64,000 bases of DNA from Candidatus Latescibacterota bacterium (GTDB lineage Bacteria; Latescibacterota; UBA2968; GCA-2709665): positions 2,208,001-2,272,000 of the forward strand of contig OZ244744.1 in the NCBI GenBank assembly GCA_965219455.1, written 5' to 3'. How positions within the stretch are numbered: position 1 is the stretch's first letter; every line of letters starts with the position of its first letter. The position numbers and the translations under genes were made by a program. Below the pieces are notes generated by a model that worked only from the letters and a program-made list of their open reading frames with translations, was not told the DNA's origin and did no database searches. Shown here in pieces: positions 38,328-48,312 of this stretch.

Positions 38328-39506
38328 CTAAAGGGACTGGTCCGGGTTTACGTCGGCCGCATAGTCGACCGCAGGAAGGCCGAAGCCGAAGAGCTTGAGG
38401 AATTCCTTGCGATAGCCATGCAGATCCGAAATCACTTCCAGATTTTCGGTCGTTACGGATTCCCAAAGGGATGAGATGCGCGACTGTACGTCTTCTCTGA
38501 TCTCCAGGTCATCGATCCGGATGCGCCCGGTCTCGTCCGTGAGAACTTGAGGACCGGCATAGACTCGATCTTTCAGGAGCCGGTACATCTGTTGTATACA
38601 TCCCTCGTGAAATTTCTTCTCCTTCATAATCTTGTAGAGCAGCGAAATGTAGAGGGGTACCACCGGAAGCGCCGCGCTGGATTGTGTGACCACGGCCTTG
38701 TTTGCGGAGACGTAGGCGCTTCCGTTTCTTTTTTTCAGCCGGGCGCTTAATTTGCGAGCCGTGGCCTCGAGGTGAATTTTCGCTTTTCCAATGGTGCCGT
38801 CTCCGTAGATCGGCCGGGTCAGGTCCGGGCCGATATAGGTGAAGGCGACCGTGCGCACGCCCTCGGAAAGCACGCCTGCTGCTTCAAGCGCCCGAATCCA
38901 CAGCTCCCAATCGTCTCCTCCCATCACGGCAACGGTATCGTCGATCTCTTCGTCGCTGGCCGGTTCTATCGTAACATCCGAGACGACGCCAGTGTGGATA
39001 TCGACCGTTTTGCCCGTGTAGGGTTCGCCCACAGGTTTCAATACGGAGGTGTATTGCGCCCCAGTTTGCGGATGGATTCGCCGCGGCGACGCCAGGCTGT
39101 AGACGACGAGGTCGACGCCTCCCAGGTTGTTTTTGATGGCTGAAATGGTCTGTTCCTTGATTTCATCAGAAAACGCGTCGCCGTTTATGCTCGTCGAAAA
39201 ACAGCCGGCGTCCCTTGCGGCGCTTTCAAAGGCGACCGAATTGTACCATCCCGCCGAGGCCGTGCGATTCCTGAAGGCAGGTCTTTCAAAGAAAACACCC
39301 ACGGTCCGAGCGCTTCCGCCGAAGCAGGCTGCAATTCGAGAGGCCAGCCCGTATCCGGTCGACGCGCCGACAACCAGCACATTCCGGAATCCATTCAAGG
39401 GCGGCTGTTTCTTCACCCAGTCGATCTGTTCACGTACATTCTGCGCACATCCGACGGGGTGCGCCGTCGTACATATGTATCCTCGAATTCTGGGTTTGAC
39501 AATCAT
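38328..39506 (-). CDS. fabV: Enoyl-ACP reductase FabV / trans-2-enoyl-CoA reductase
   Basis: HPVGC, GASTGYGLA, GDAFS, YSLASP, VMGGDDW and Y...TIG.AK motifs. Confidence 0.95.
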   Translation of the reverse strand: MIVKPRIRGYICTTAHPVGCAQNVREQIDWVKKQPPLNGFRNVLVVGASTGYGLASRIAACFGGSARTVGVFFERPAFRNRTASAGWYNSVAFESAARDAGCFSTSINGDAFSDEIKEQTISAIKNNLGGVDLVVYSLASPRRIHPQTGAQYTSVLKPVGEPYTGKTVDIHTGVVSDVTIEPASDEEIDDTVAVMGGDDWELWIRALEAAGVLSEGVRTVAFTYIGPDLTRPIYGDGTIGKAKIHLEATARKLSARLKKRNGSAYVSANKAVVTQSSAALPVVPLYISLLYKIMKEKKFHEGCIQQMYRLLKDRVYAGPQVLTDETGRIRIDDLEIREDVQSRISSLWESVTTENLEVISDLHGYRKEFLKLFGFGLPAVDYAADVNPDQSL

Positions 39507-39538
39507 GAGGCCGTCCTTTCGCGGGAATCAGGCCTTAA

Positions 39539-39601
39539 CAGCCCGTTGAGAAAGTCCATCCGGGCTGCGGCCGGCTCTTGTGGCCGAATGACTGAGTTGC
39601 G
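39539..39601 (-). repeat. MITE family B, right half, upstream of fabV
   Basis: Plus strand TTAA then CAGCCCGTTGAGAAAGTCCATCCGGGCTGCGGCCGGCTCTTGTGGCCGAATGACTGAGTTGCG. Confidence 0.75.
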
Positions 39602-39642
39602 GGAGATCGTGCGCTTGACGCCGCCGCGAAAGCGTCGTGGAA

Positions 39643-41061
39643 TCACGTTTTTTCCTCCGGTTCGACGGCGGGTTGTGTTTCTGTCCAGGGTGAGAGCGAT
39701 TCAAAAGCGGCGGAGGCGCGCAATACGCCCACGTCGTCGCGCCAGCGCCCGACAATCTGGAGGCCAACCGGCAATCCGTTCCCTGCAAAGCCGGCCGGAA
39801 CGCTGGCCGTCGGCTGGCCCGTGATGTTGAAGGGATACGTGAAAGCGGTCCAGCCGAGATAGCTGGTCGGATGGCCCGCGATATCACCAGGATGGTCGCA
39901 TCCGGCGGTAAAGGCTGTAACCGGAAGTGTCGGGCTGAGAAACAGGTCGTAGGCGCCCATGAATTCGCGCCACCCGTGGTAATAGTCATTGCGCCGCGCG
40001 TAGGCCGTTGCCAGCTCGGCGCCGGAGACGCATTTCCCCCTTTCAATCACGGCGAGGAGGCCGGCGTCCAGGAGGTCCCGGACGTCGTTCAGGTTGTCCT
40101 TGAACACACCCGCGAACGAGGCGGACCAGATCGTGTCGGCAATATCCCAGGGGTCGGGCAGCCCCGGATGGGCTTCTTCGACATTGCAGCCGAGTTCCTG
40201 AAACCGCGCCGCCGCCGCCGCCGCGATCGTTCGGACATCGGGGTCGATCCGGGCGTATCCGAGATCGGGAGACCACGCAATGCGCATGCCGGCGATATCG
40301 CCTTCCATTTCGCTGAGGTAGTCGGTGGAATCGGGCAGCGAGAGGCGGTCCATGGGGTGGGCGCCGGCCATGGCCGTGAGCATCAACGCGGCATCCTTCA
40401 CCGTGCGGGTAATGGGACCCGCGTGGGAGAGCAATTCGACCAAACTGGCCGGGTATTGTGGAACACGCCCCCAGGAAGGTTTGAGTCCGTAGAGGCCGCA
40501 AAAACTGCACGGGATGCGGATGGAGCCGGCACCGTCCGTTCCCTGGGCGAGCGGTCCCATACCCAGGGCGACGGCGGCCGCAGCGCCTCCGCTGGACCCG
40601 CCAGCCGTACGGCCGTACATCCAGGGATTGTGCACCGGGCCGTTGACGCGGTTTCCGGAATCTCCCTTCCAGCCCAGTTCAGGGGTGGTGGTCTTGCCGA
40701 GAAGGACCATTCCGGCGTTGTAGAGGCGTTCCGCAAGCGGTGCGTCGTAATCCGGCACCCAGTTGTTGTAGAGCAGGGATCCCCGGGCGGTGCGGATACC
40801 CTTTGTGGGGGTGAGATCCTTGAGCGAACCGGGGATACCGGCCAGAATCCCGGTCTCACCCCTGATATAGGCACGTTCGGCGCAATTTGCCTGTTCGAGG
40901 GCACGTTCGCAGGTCACCGTGACGTAGGGGTTGAAAGCAGGGTTGAGCCGTTCAATTCGGCGCAGCAGCGCTTCCGTGACTTCGACGGGCGAGAGTTTAC
41001 GCTTTTGATACAGGTTGCGCAGTTCGAATGCCGAAAGATAGCAAAGATCGTCTGAATTCAT
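39643..41061 (-). CDS. Amidase signature family protein
   Basis: SLKD, GGSSGG and GTDGAGSIRIP motifs. Confidence 0.93.
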   Translation of the reverse strand: MNSDDLCYLSAFELRNLYQKRKLSPVEVTEALLRRIERLNPAFNPYVTVTCERALEQANCAERAYIRGETGILAGIPGSLKDLTPTKGIRTARGSLLYNNWVPDYDAPLAERLYNAGMVLLGKTTTPELGWKGDSGNRVNGPVHNPWMYGRTAGGSSGGAAAAVALGMGPLAQGTDGAGSIRIPCSFCGLYGLKPSWGRVPQYPASLVELLSHAGPITRTVKDAALMLTAMAGAHPMDRLSLPDSTDYLSEMEGDIAGMRIAWSPDLGYARIDPDVRTIAAAAAARFQELGCNVEEAHPGLPDPWDIADTIWSASFAGVFKDNLNDVRDLLDAGLLAVIERGKCVSGAELATAYARRNDYYHGWREFMGAYDLFLSPTLPVTAFTAGCDHPGDIAGHPTSYLGWTAFTYPFNITGQPTASVPAGFAGNGLPVGLQIVGRWRDDVGVLRASAAFESLSPWTETQPAVEPEEKT

Positions 41062-41687
41062 CCTTCCACTCCGGGTTTGGAACCATGCACGTCCGGGGTT
41101 GACGGCGTTGAACAGACAGAATGACCCAATAGCGTCAGCAACTGCGCGACCAGTCGGTATGAAATGCCCCAGAGGACGCGCCGGCCGGAACCGGGCAGAT
41201 CGATGGTGTCAAAGAGACGTTCCGCGTTGTCGATCCGGAAACAGCGCTCCCGATGGCGTCTGGCGTCGGCGAGTACGTCTAACCCCACCCAGAAGGCGTC
41301 TTTCACTTCGTCGTTTGGAAGAAGCCGACCGCAAGTTCTGACGTCATAGACGAAACCCGACACCAGGATGGGTAGGGTGGCGCCTGTGACGTCATCCAGG
41401 CGACCGAGGTATTCGGCGTTCCCGAGATCCAGGCCGACTTCTTCCCGCGTCTCGCGCTCGGCAGCCAGGCGCGGGCTCCTATCGACAGGTTCGACCATAC
41501 CCCCCGGGAACGCGACGTGGCCGGACCACGGATCGTCATCACGCTGCGACCGCTGAATAAAAAGCAGTCGCACTGCTTGCGCATGTTGATGCAGAACCAT
41601 CGCGACGGCGGCACGGGTTTTGTCTCCGGAGGCCAGATGCGGCCGATATACTGTCAGAACCCGGCGGATGTCTGCAATCGAGGTCAT
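41058..41687 (-). CDS. Nudix hydrolase, CoA pyrophosphatase type
   Basis: PWSGHVAFPGG, AAERETREEVG and LWGIS motifs. Confidence 0.9.
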   Translation of the reverse strand: MTSIADIRRVLTVYRPHLASGDKTRAAVAMVLHQHAQAVRLLFIQRSQRDDDPWSGHVAFPGGMVEPVDRSPRLAAERETREEVGLDLGNAEYLGRLDDVTGATLPILVSGFVYDVRTCGRLLPNDEVKDAFWVGLDVLADARRHRERCFRIDNAERLFDTIDLPGSGRRVLWGISYRLVAQLLTLLGHSVCSTPSTPDVHGSKPGVEG

Positions 41688-41846
41688 GGTGGCCTGATCC
41701 GGTGGACAATACCGGGGCCGGAGCCGGTTGGAACGTCGCTCACCCCTTGGTCCGGAGCCGGGGCGCCGTCTGCGCCTGAGGAATCCCGAAATGCCGAAGC
41801 ACCGGCACGGTCGGGATTGCGGCGCAACCAATTAAGTCGTTGTGTT

Positions 41847-42299
41847 TTAAGGGCTTTTTCGTCCCCTGGCTGGCTTGTGTTTTCGATATAGGCTGTAAAC
41901 CAGATATCCGAGGCCAAGACCGGCATTGATCAGCACCGGAACGCGGTATATGCTGACCATTTCGTACCTGAACACGGCACCCGAGGCGCCTGCGGAAACG
42001 ATCAGAAACGACAGGACGATAAGGGGTTTACAGATCACGGGCGGTACAAACGGTGCAGTTACGATAAACAAAAGCGCCGAGTGAAAGATGAAGAACCCGG
42101 CGTAGCCGTTTCTGACGGCCATGGCGAACTGCCAATCGTACCGGTAGGCCCAGACCAGATAAACGTGGGCGACGACAACAAGCGCGACCAGGGCGATCAC
42201 CGGGCGCTTGAAGGAACCCCTGGAGACGAGTACCAGATTCCCCGAAAGGCCGAGATAACCCAGAAAAGCCAGAAGAAACGTGAAGGTTTCGAGCGTCAA
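41847..42299 (-). CDS. Hypothetical multi-pass membrane protein
   Basis: About five hydrophobic segments; TTG start inferred. Confidence 0.65.
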   Translation of the reverse strand: MTLETFTFLLAFLGYLGLSGNLVLVSRGSFKRPVIALVALVVVAHVYLVWAYRYDWQFAMAVRNGYAGFFIFHSALLFIVTAPFVPPVICKPLIVLSFLIVSAGASGAVFRYEMVSIYRVPVLINAGLGLGYLVYSLYRKHKPARGRKSP

Positions 42300-42653
42300 G
42301 GCGAGATCGTTATCGGCGACGTGGAAGCGTGCCGTGGATGCGCGGACCGAAGGACGTCGGACCGGAAGAGCGCACAAAAGCCGTAATCGGGAATGGGTCC
42401 ATTAAGGTGTCCATGCCCCTGGTAGAAGAAGGCACCTGCCCGGAGAGGACTTTTAAGACGTTAAACGGAAAGTTCAAGGAATGGGATTTAATCCGGACGC
42501 GCGCCGGCTGATGGTCGGCGGCTAAAGACAGTATCGAGGTGAATGGTTGTGATAAAACCGGCTTTGTGAGGCTCCCGCGGTATCCTGGAGGGCGCCGGAT
42601 GATGTGGAATCAGTCGCCGGGGATTTGCACACCGGACTCCTTCCGCCGTACTG

Positions 42654-43868
42654 CTATTCTCCGGTGTCCACCGGGTTTTTGATCCGGTCGATCTTATCCT
42701 CGCAGTACTTTTTCCACTTGCGGGCTCGGAGTCCCTTTTGGTAGCTCCGTATCGCTTTTTCCTTCCAACCCTGAGGCCGCCAGGCATCGTATATATCGCC
42801 GATGATGACGTGTGCCGGAACCCCGAACCTTCGGCTCGAAACGGCTTTTCGGGCGAGGTTCAGCGCGTTCTGATATTGTTTGAGTTCGACATAGGCGACC
42901 GCCGCCCTGTACTGGGCTTCGCTGTCTCTGGAGTTCAGGGCCAGGGCCTGCTGGTACGCAGAGACCGCGCTCCGGTAATTTTTCCCCCGTTCATGGGAGT
43001 GTCCCAGCGCCGTGTAGACCTTGACCTTGTCTTTCCTGGTAGGCGCCACAGCAACGGCTTTTCTGAGCGTGGCGACTGCTTTTGAACGTTGTTTCGTGCT
43101 ATTGTAAACGACGGCCAGGTTGCGATAGGCGTTGATATTCCTCTTGTCTTTGCAATTCGGATCGCTATCGATTGCCCGGTTGTAACTCCGGATTGCCCTG
43201 CTGTTTTTCTTGGTAATCCGATACAGGTCCCCCAGTTGCCGGTGGGCCTTGGCGTATTTCGGGTTGAGTTCTACGGCCGTATTGAAGGCGTTCTCCGCCT
43301 GTCTATACTTTCGGGAATGTCTGGCGGCTAACCCCAGATTGTAGTAATTGGTGGCATCCGTCGGATCGAGTTGCGTGGCATTTTCGTACTCTTCAATCGC
43401 CTTCCTGTAATTCTTGCGAAGAAGGTAATCCCTGCCTTGCTTTGCATAGGCCGCCTTCAGGAGTTTCCTGACGCCGCCATCCAGAAAATTGGCGTCCAGA
43501 TTCAGGACCACCTTAAACGCCACCTGTGCGTCCTTGTAATTTTTCAGGTTGAAATACAGATTGCCCAGTTCATAATGGGCTTCTGCGTAATCCGGTTTTA
43601 CAGTTGCGGCCATCCTGAAATTGCCGATGGCCTTGTCAGTATCTTTGAGCTTCTGATAGGTCTTGGCCATGCCCCGATACGCCTGGGCGTTATTGCCGTC
43701 CAGTTTGACGGCTTCTTCGAACGCCTGCAGGGCTTGCTGATAACGCCTTTTCTCGAAGAGCGTCTGACCGGCGTTGTATTTTTCCGCCGATTCGGGAGAC
43801 ACTTGAGCCCACGCCGGCTGGCAGAACAGAAGACACAAAAGCAGGAGAAATGGCTGTCGACAACGCAT
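42654..43868 (-). CDS. Exported TPR protein
   Basis: Signal peptide ending AWA; about ten canonical TPRs such as PDYAEAHYELG. Confidence 0.9.
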   Translation of the reverse strand: MRCRQPFLLLLCLLFCQPAWAQVSPESAEKYNAGQTLFEKRRYQQALQAFEEAVKLDGNNAQAYRGMAKTYQKLKDTDKAIGNFRMAATVKPDYAEAHYELGNLYFNLKNYKDAQVAFKVVLNLDANFLDGGVRKLLKAAYAKQGRDYLLRKNYRKAIEEYENATQLDPTDATNYYNLGLAARHSRKYRQAENAFNTAVELNPKYAKAHRQLGDLYRITKKNSRAIRSYNRAIDSDPNCKDKRNINAYRNLAVVYNSTKQRSKAVATLRKAVAVAPTRKDKVKVYTALGHSHERGKNYRSAVSAYQQALALNSRDSEAQYRAAVAYVELKQYQNALNLARKAVSSRRFGVPAHVIIGDIYDAWRPQGWKEKAIRSYQKGLRARKWKKYCEDKIDRIKNPVDTGE

Positions 43869-44027
43869 ATCAGGTGATCCTCTCGAAAATGCCGGTTAAC
43901 AGGAACGCGATTTACAGACGGATAATATTGCCATTTTCCGAGTTGCTGTCAACCGCTTTAGACAAGCGGAAAGGCCACCACCGGTTACGTGATGGCCTCC
44001 GCGGAGTTGAAATTGCCCGGCTCGGGT

Positions 44028-44699
44028 TCAATCGTGCAGCTTGAAGCGGATGCGCTGGGTCATCCAGACATTCACGGGTTTGTCGTTCTGGATGGCCGGC
44101 TTGAATACGAATTGTCTCACGGCATTGATGGCCGCCTGCCTGAAAATTTCCTGGCCCTTTAATACCGTAACCCTGTCCGTCCGCCCATCTTTGCGTACCA
44201 TAAACTTGACGAAAACGTTGCCCACCAACCCCGCTTTGCGCGCAATTTCGGGGTAGTCTGGGTTGACTTGCTTGATCAGCTCCGGTTTTTCCTCCACGCT
44301 CCAGAACTCCATCACTTCCTCTTCCATCGGCGCTTCGGTAGCACCCGGTGGAGGGGGTGGCAGATCTACGGGCGCCTGATCCAGGTTGAGGTCGGTCGTT
44401 TCGATGGTCACGTCGTCGGGTACGTCGTCGCTCTCGGTCTCAACCGGCATGGCGGGCCTTGGCGGAGGGGGCGGGCGCTGAATCTGGCGCGTCTCCGGAA
44501 TCTCCTCCATCTGGATGATGATCTGGTCTTTCTTGCCCGCCGAGGCCCGTATATCGAACGTGGGAAAAAGGATAGCCATTAAAAGGTGCAGGGCGCAGGA
44601 AATACCGACCGACGACCAGAAGACTTTGGGATAACGCCTTCTGAGATCGTGTTCAGGGTATTTCCTGCGGACGATATCCTTCCCTTTGATATAGGCCAT
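44028..44699 (-). CDS. tonB: TonB family energy transducer
   Basis: TM helix with SxxxH, Pro-rich linker and a TonB_C domain. Confidence 0.9.
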   Translation of the reverse strand: MAYIKGKDIVRRKYPEHDLRRRYPKVFWSSVGISCALHLLMAILFPTFDIRASAGKKDQIIIQMEEIPETRQIQRPPPPPRPAMPVETESDDVPDDVTIETTDLNLDQAPVDLPPPPPGATEAPMEEEVMEFWSVEEKPELIKQVNPDYPEIARKAGLVGNVFVKFMVRKDGRTDRVTVLKGQEIFRQAAINAVRQFVFKPAIQNDKPVNVWMTQRIRFKLHD

Positions 44700-44704
44700 A
44701 TGCG

Positions 44705-45115
44705 TTACCTCTCTCGATCGGTTGCAAAGTTGACGCGGAGGGCGTCGGCCTTGCGAAGTTCCTCGATCACTCTGGAGACCAGCCCGTAGGGCGCGCGTGT
44801 ATCGGACTTCAGGGAAACGATCAGGCGCGGATTCTGGACCCGGCGTTCGTAGAAGATGGGGGCAACCTGATTGATCTGAGCGATTTTATCGTCGATGTAG
44901 ACCTTCTGGTCTGCGGAGATCCAGACATAGGATATGTGGCGACGCGTTTTGATTTCCTCGACCTTTTCCGCTTTGGGCAGCACAATACCGGTGACCCGAT
45001 AGCGGACAAAAACCGTCGTGACCATGAAAAAGATCAGGAGGAGAAAGGCGATATCTGCCATTGAACCGGTCGGAATGGACGTATGTACCCCGGATTTTTT
45101 TGAAAAATCTGCCAT
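44705..45115 (-). CDS. exbD: ExbD/TolR family protein
   Basis: SMADIAFLLLIFFMVTT motif. Confidence 0.92.
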   Translation of the reverse strand: MADFSKKSGVHTSIPTGSMADIAFLLLIFFMVTTVFVRYRVTGIVLPKAEKVEEIKTRRHISYVWISADQKVYIDDKIAQINQVAPIFYERRVQNPRLIVSLKSDTRAPYGLVSRVIEELRKADALRVNFATDRER

Positions 45116-45143
45116 GCTGAGGGTCTCCTGTTGCCGGACGGGT

Positions 45144-45560
45144 CTACTTTTCCGGGGATGCTAGAGAGATCCGCGTTGCGCCAGAAAGCTTGATCTCATC
45201 CAGAACGTTTATGAATGCGTTATAGGGGGTCTCCTCATCGGCTTTGAGAGAAACGATCAGCTTGTCGTTTTCGCCCAGACGCCGCTCAACGTCGGCGCGG
45301 AGTTGCGTCAGAGGTATTTCCTGTTCCAGGTTGATAAGAATATCGCCGCCGGCATTCACCCAGACGTTGCAGATGTTCTTCTTCTGGATCTTTTTGTTTT
45401 CTCCGGCGGGCGGAAGCTGCATCCCAATGCCCTTGTCCTGGTTCATCGTGGTGGTCACCAGGAAAAAGACGATCAGCAGAAAGGCGATGTCCGCCATTGA
45501 CGAAGTCGGAATTTCAGGGTTGGATTTGTTTCGCCTTGACAGCGCTGGCTTGTTTGCCAT
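45144..45560 (-). CDS. exbD: ExbD/TolR family protein
   Basis: SMADIAFLLIVFFLVTT motif. Confidence 0.92.
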   Translation of the reverse strand: MANKPALSRRNKSNPEIPTSSMADIAFLLIVFFLVTTTMNQDKGIGMQLPPAGENKKIQKKNICNVWVNAGGDILINLEQEIPLTQLRADVERRLGENDKLIVSLKADEETPYNAFINVLDEIKLSGATRISLASPEK

Positions 45561-45563
45561 GGC

Positions 45564-46190
45564 CTATTCTCCCGCAGGGGTATCGTAGCCGGCCCGGATC
45601 AGTTCGTCCACGAACTGAGAAGAACTTTCCTGCATATCGATGATGATTTTATCGATCTTGGAAACAAAAAGGTTGTGAAATGCCTGGATGGGAATGGCGA
45701 TAACCAGGCCGGAGGCGGTGGTGATAAGTGCCTCGGAAATGCCGGAAGCCACAATACTGGGCTCTACGTCGCCGGCTTTTGCAATGGCGTCGAAGGCGCT
45801 GATCATGCCGCTCACGGTCCCGAGGAATCCGAGCAGCGGGGCGATATTGGCCACGGTGGACAACCAGACCATGCCTTTTTCCAGGAAAGCCATTTCAATG
45901 GCGCCGGATTCTTCGATGGCCTTTTCCACGTGTTCAATCCCTCGATCGAGACGGAGAAGGCCGGCATGGAGAACCGAGGCCACCGGGCCTCGGTGGCTCG
46001 CGCAGACTTCGGCGACGCCTTCCGGCCCTCGTTGCTTGAGCGCTTCCTGAACCGCAGTGAAAAATTCCCGGGTGTCGATTGAAGACCGCCACAGCGACCA
46101 GAAACGTTCAATACTAACCGCAATACCGAAAAGCAACATAAGCAGTAGCGGGTGCATAAAGGGCCCGCCGTTAACATAAAGTTCAACCAT
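45564..46190 (-). CDS. exbB: MotA/TolQ/ExbB proton channel
   Basis: APLLGFLGTVSGMI and GISEALITTASGL motifs. Confidence 0.93.
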   Translation of the reverse strand: MVELYVNGGPFMHPLLLMLLFGIAVSIERFWSLWRSSIDTREFFTAVQEALKQRGPEGVAEVCASHRGPVASVLHAGLLRLDRGIEHVEKAIEESGAIEMAFLEKGMVWLSTVANIAPLLGFLGTVSGMISAFDAIAKAGDVEPSIVASGISEALITTASGLVIAIPIQAFHNLFVSKIDKIIIDMQESSSQFVDELIRAGYDTPAGE

Positions 46191-46376
46191 GCTTCAATCC
46201 CCCAGTTGATGATGTGAATGTTCGCTTCGGTGGTATAATGCGCGAAAGAAGCGCAGGCCGCCGACGATTGTCCACGATTCAATTAGGATCCCGGACGGTC
46301 CGCGAGCCCTGGCATTCTGAAAATTGACGCGACGCAGTAACGGAGAATTCGTCGCATTTCCAGAGACCGGCATGCC

Positions 46377-47579
46377 CTATTTTTTGCCTTCGATATCTAC
46401 CTCCTCCTCTTTCTTCTTTTTAAAGAATTCCAGTCTCTTTTTCTCCTCCTCGGAGATGGGAGGATTGATTTCATCGATCATCCGCTTGGCGTTTCCGGCC
46501 CAAAGAGGATCTCTTCCGGCTCTCTTGAACCATTTCAGCGCGTTGACGGAATCCCGGTCGGCATTGGATTTTTTCCATTTTCTGTAATGGAACTCTCCTC
46601 GCATGTAGTTGAATTTCCCGTTTCCCGGATCCAATCTGAGCCCTCTGTCGACCAGATTAATATCACCGGTTAAATCGGCCAGTTGCTCGACGACGCTCAG
46701 GTTATCGGGCTGAAGCCTGATCATTTTTCTCAGGAGGCCGATCTGAAACCGCCTGGGTTTTTCGAGCAGTTTACCAAGCGCAAGCAACTGGTCCAGATAA
46801 AGATAATCCTCCGGGTTGCGGGCGCGGAGTTTCTGATACGCGCTGAATGCCTTCCGGTCCATTCCGAGCCGCCGGTACATTCTGGCGAGATGGTCCAGCG
46901 TGGCGTAATCTTCGGGGTTTATTTCCAGAAGCCGCTCCATCTCCTTGAGGGCTTCGTCTTCGTCACCCATATACAGGGTGAGCTTTGCAATCGCATCCTG
47001 GACTTCGGGATTGTCCGGCTCCAATTCGCTCCAGCTGCGCGTATGCTTCAGCGCCGACTCGTAGTCTTCGATATCGATATAAAGTGTGACCAGGTGGTGC
47101 AGGTATTGGATTTGCTTTTCCGGCTCTTTGGCAATGCTGAGGAGCTTTTCGTAAACCTCGATGGCCTCCTGCCACATTTCTTCCATTTTGAAAAGCTGTC
47201 CGAGGTAGTAGAGGGCGTTACGCGCATTAGGACCCGCCGGATTCAGGTCGATCGCTTTCTTGAACCAGGTAATGGCGTCATCTGGTTTTTCGGTCTCATT
47301 ATACATCTTAGCCAGATAGTAGGCGGTCTGGGCATTCCGGGGATTGAAGTCCCATGATTTGGTCAATTGCACATGGGCGTCTTCGTATTGTTTGTTTTCC
47401 AGATATCGCTTGCCAAAGTAAACGTGTTTCCGTGACATTGCCCCCGAGTCGACGGGCGCTTCCCGTGGCTTGTGCTTGTCCTTCTTCGACTTTCTTCTGG
47501 CCTCGACCGGGGACAACAGTCCCAGGATAAGGAAACCGCAAAGAAAAATAACGACGACGTCTGAAAGTCTGGATTTCAT
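46377..47579 (-). CDS. Exported TPR protein
   Basis: Signal peptide ending VEA; TPRs such as NPRNAQTAYYLAKMY. Confidence 0.85.
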   Translation of the reverse strand: MKSRLSDVVVIFLCGFLILGLLSPVEARRKSKKDKHKPREAPVDSGAMSRKHVYFGKRYLENKQYEDAHVQLTKSWDFNPRNAQTAYYLAKMYNETEKPDDAITWFKKAIDLNPAGPNARNALYYLGQLFKMEEMWQEAIEVYEKLLSIAKEPEKQIQYLHHLVTLYIDIEDYESALKHTRSWSELEPDNPEVQDAIAKLTLYMGDEDEALKEMERLLEINPEDYATLDHLARMYRRLGMDRKAFSAYQKLRARNPEDYLYLDQLLALGKLLEKPRRFQIGLLRKMIRLQPDNLSVVEQLADLTGDINLVDRGLRLDPGNGKFNYMRGEFHYRKWKKSNADRDSVNALKWFKRAGRDPLWAGNAKRMIDEINPPISEEEKKRLEFFKKKKEEEVDIEGKK

Positions 47580-47680
47580 GACAACCACTCCACGTCGAGA
47601 CAACACTTCTAAACCGCCGATACTGCGTAAATCGCTGGTATCAAGACGCATAGACGTTGTGTAATTCTTAGAAACATAGA

Positions 47681-47709
47681 AATCTAACGAATAGGAATTT
47701 GGATGTCAA
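47681..47709 (-). promoter_or_regulatory. Sigma70 promoter for the TPR-exbB-exbD-exbD-tonB genes
   Basis: TTGACA-17 nt-TAGATT. Confidence 0.65.
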
Positions 47710-47826
47710 GGCAAAATCCATACCTATCTTAAGGAATTGAAAACGCGACGCGGCGGGAAAATTGACCCGGGGCGACACGATGGATGAGTCGCAAGCTCCT
47801 TCCAGGCAATCCTCTCCAAATGCCTG

Positions 47827-47855
47827 TTGACACATCTTGGTGAATCCGGTATAAT
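47827..47855 (+). promoter_or_regulatory. Perfect-consensus sigma70 promoter facing guaB
   Basis: TTGACA-17 nt-TATAAT. Confidence 0.75.
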
Positions 47856-47944
47856 TGGAATACTATCTTTGGGACGGATTTACGATCATAGCAGTCGCAC
47901 CCGGGAGTCTCGCATGCACAAGAAAATCTGGGCATCCGACCTGG

Positions 47945-48105
47945 CGTTCCGTCACGGAAATATGTCACCATTCATCCGACGATTCATCCCGTCTCGCTGT
48001 GTTGCCCTCGCTCGCCGACCTTGCCCAGGTCGCCTGCACTCAGGCGCCTTGCGAGCCCAGCGACTCGTCGGCCGAATTTCAGCACCCTATTTCCGCGACA
48101 GAACA
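47945..48105 (-). mobile_element. MITE family A, full diverged copy (161 bp)
   Basis: Reverse-complement homolog of 4962-5111; flanks CTGG / CTCG. Confidence 0.72.
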
Positions 48106-48159
48106 CTCGCCGTTAAGGACAGGTCTTCTCCGCCTTTGCTCACGTGCGCGGGGAGGAGG

Positions 48160-48259
48160 TGTCCGGCCTTGTAATGGGCAGCTATGCAAACCCCTTGACA
48201 CTGTCCGGCCTTGTAATGGGCAGCTATGCAAACCCCTTGACACGTGTGTCAAGGGGTTT
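48160..48259. repeat. 42-bp exact tandem duplication running into a 14-bp inverted repeat
   Basis: TGTCCGGCCTTGTAATGGGCAGCTATGCAAACCCCTTGACAC x2; AAACCCCTTGACAC-GT-GTGTCAAGGGGTTT at 48230-48259. Confidence 0.85.
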
Positions 48260-48312
48260 CTTGTATCCGGATATGAAGTAATGGCTGAGCGCGAAAGCGC
48301 CGCAATACTTAA

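Noticed and set aside
42329-42511. 60-aa plus-strand ORF between the membrane protein and TPR genes
   Set aside because: No recognisable motif or SD; it may be a gene remnant but cannot be supported.
48160-48243. Possible CRISPR array
   Set aside because: Only two directly adjacent units, no spacer and no cas genes.
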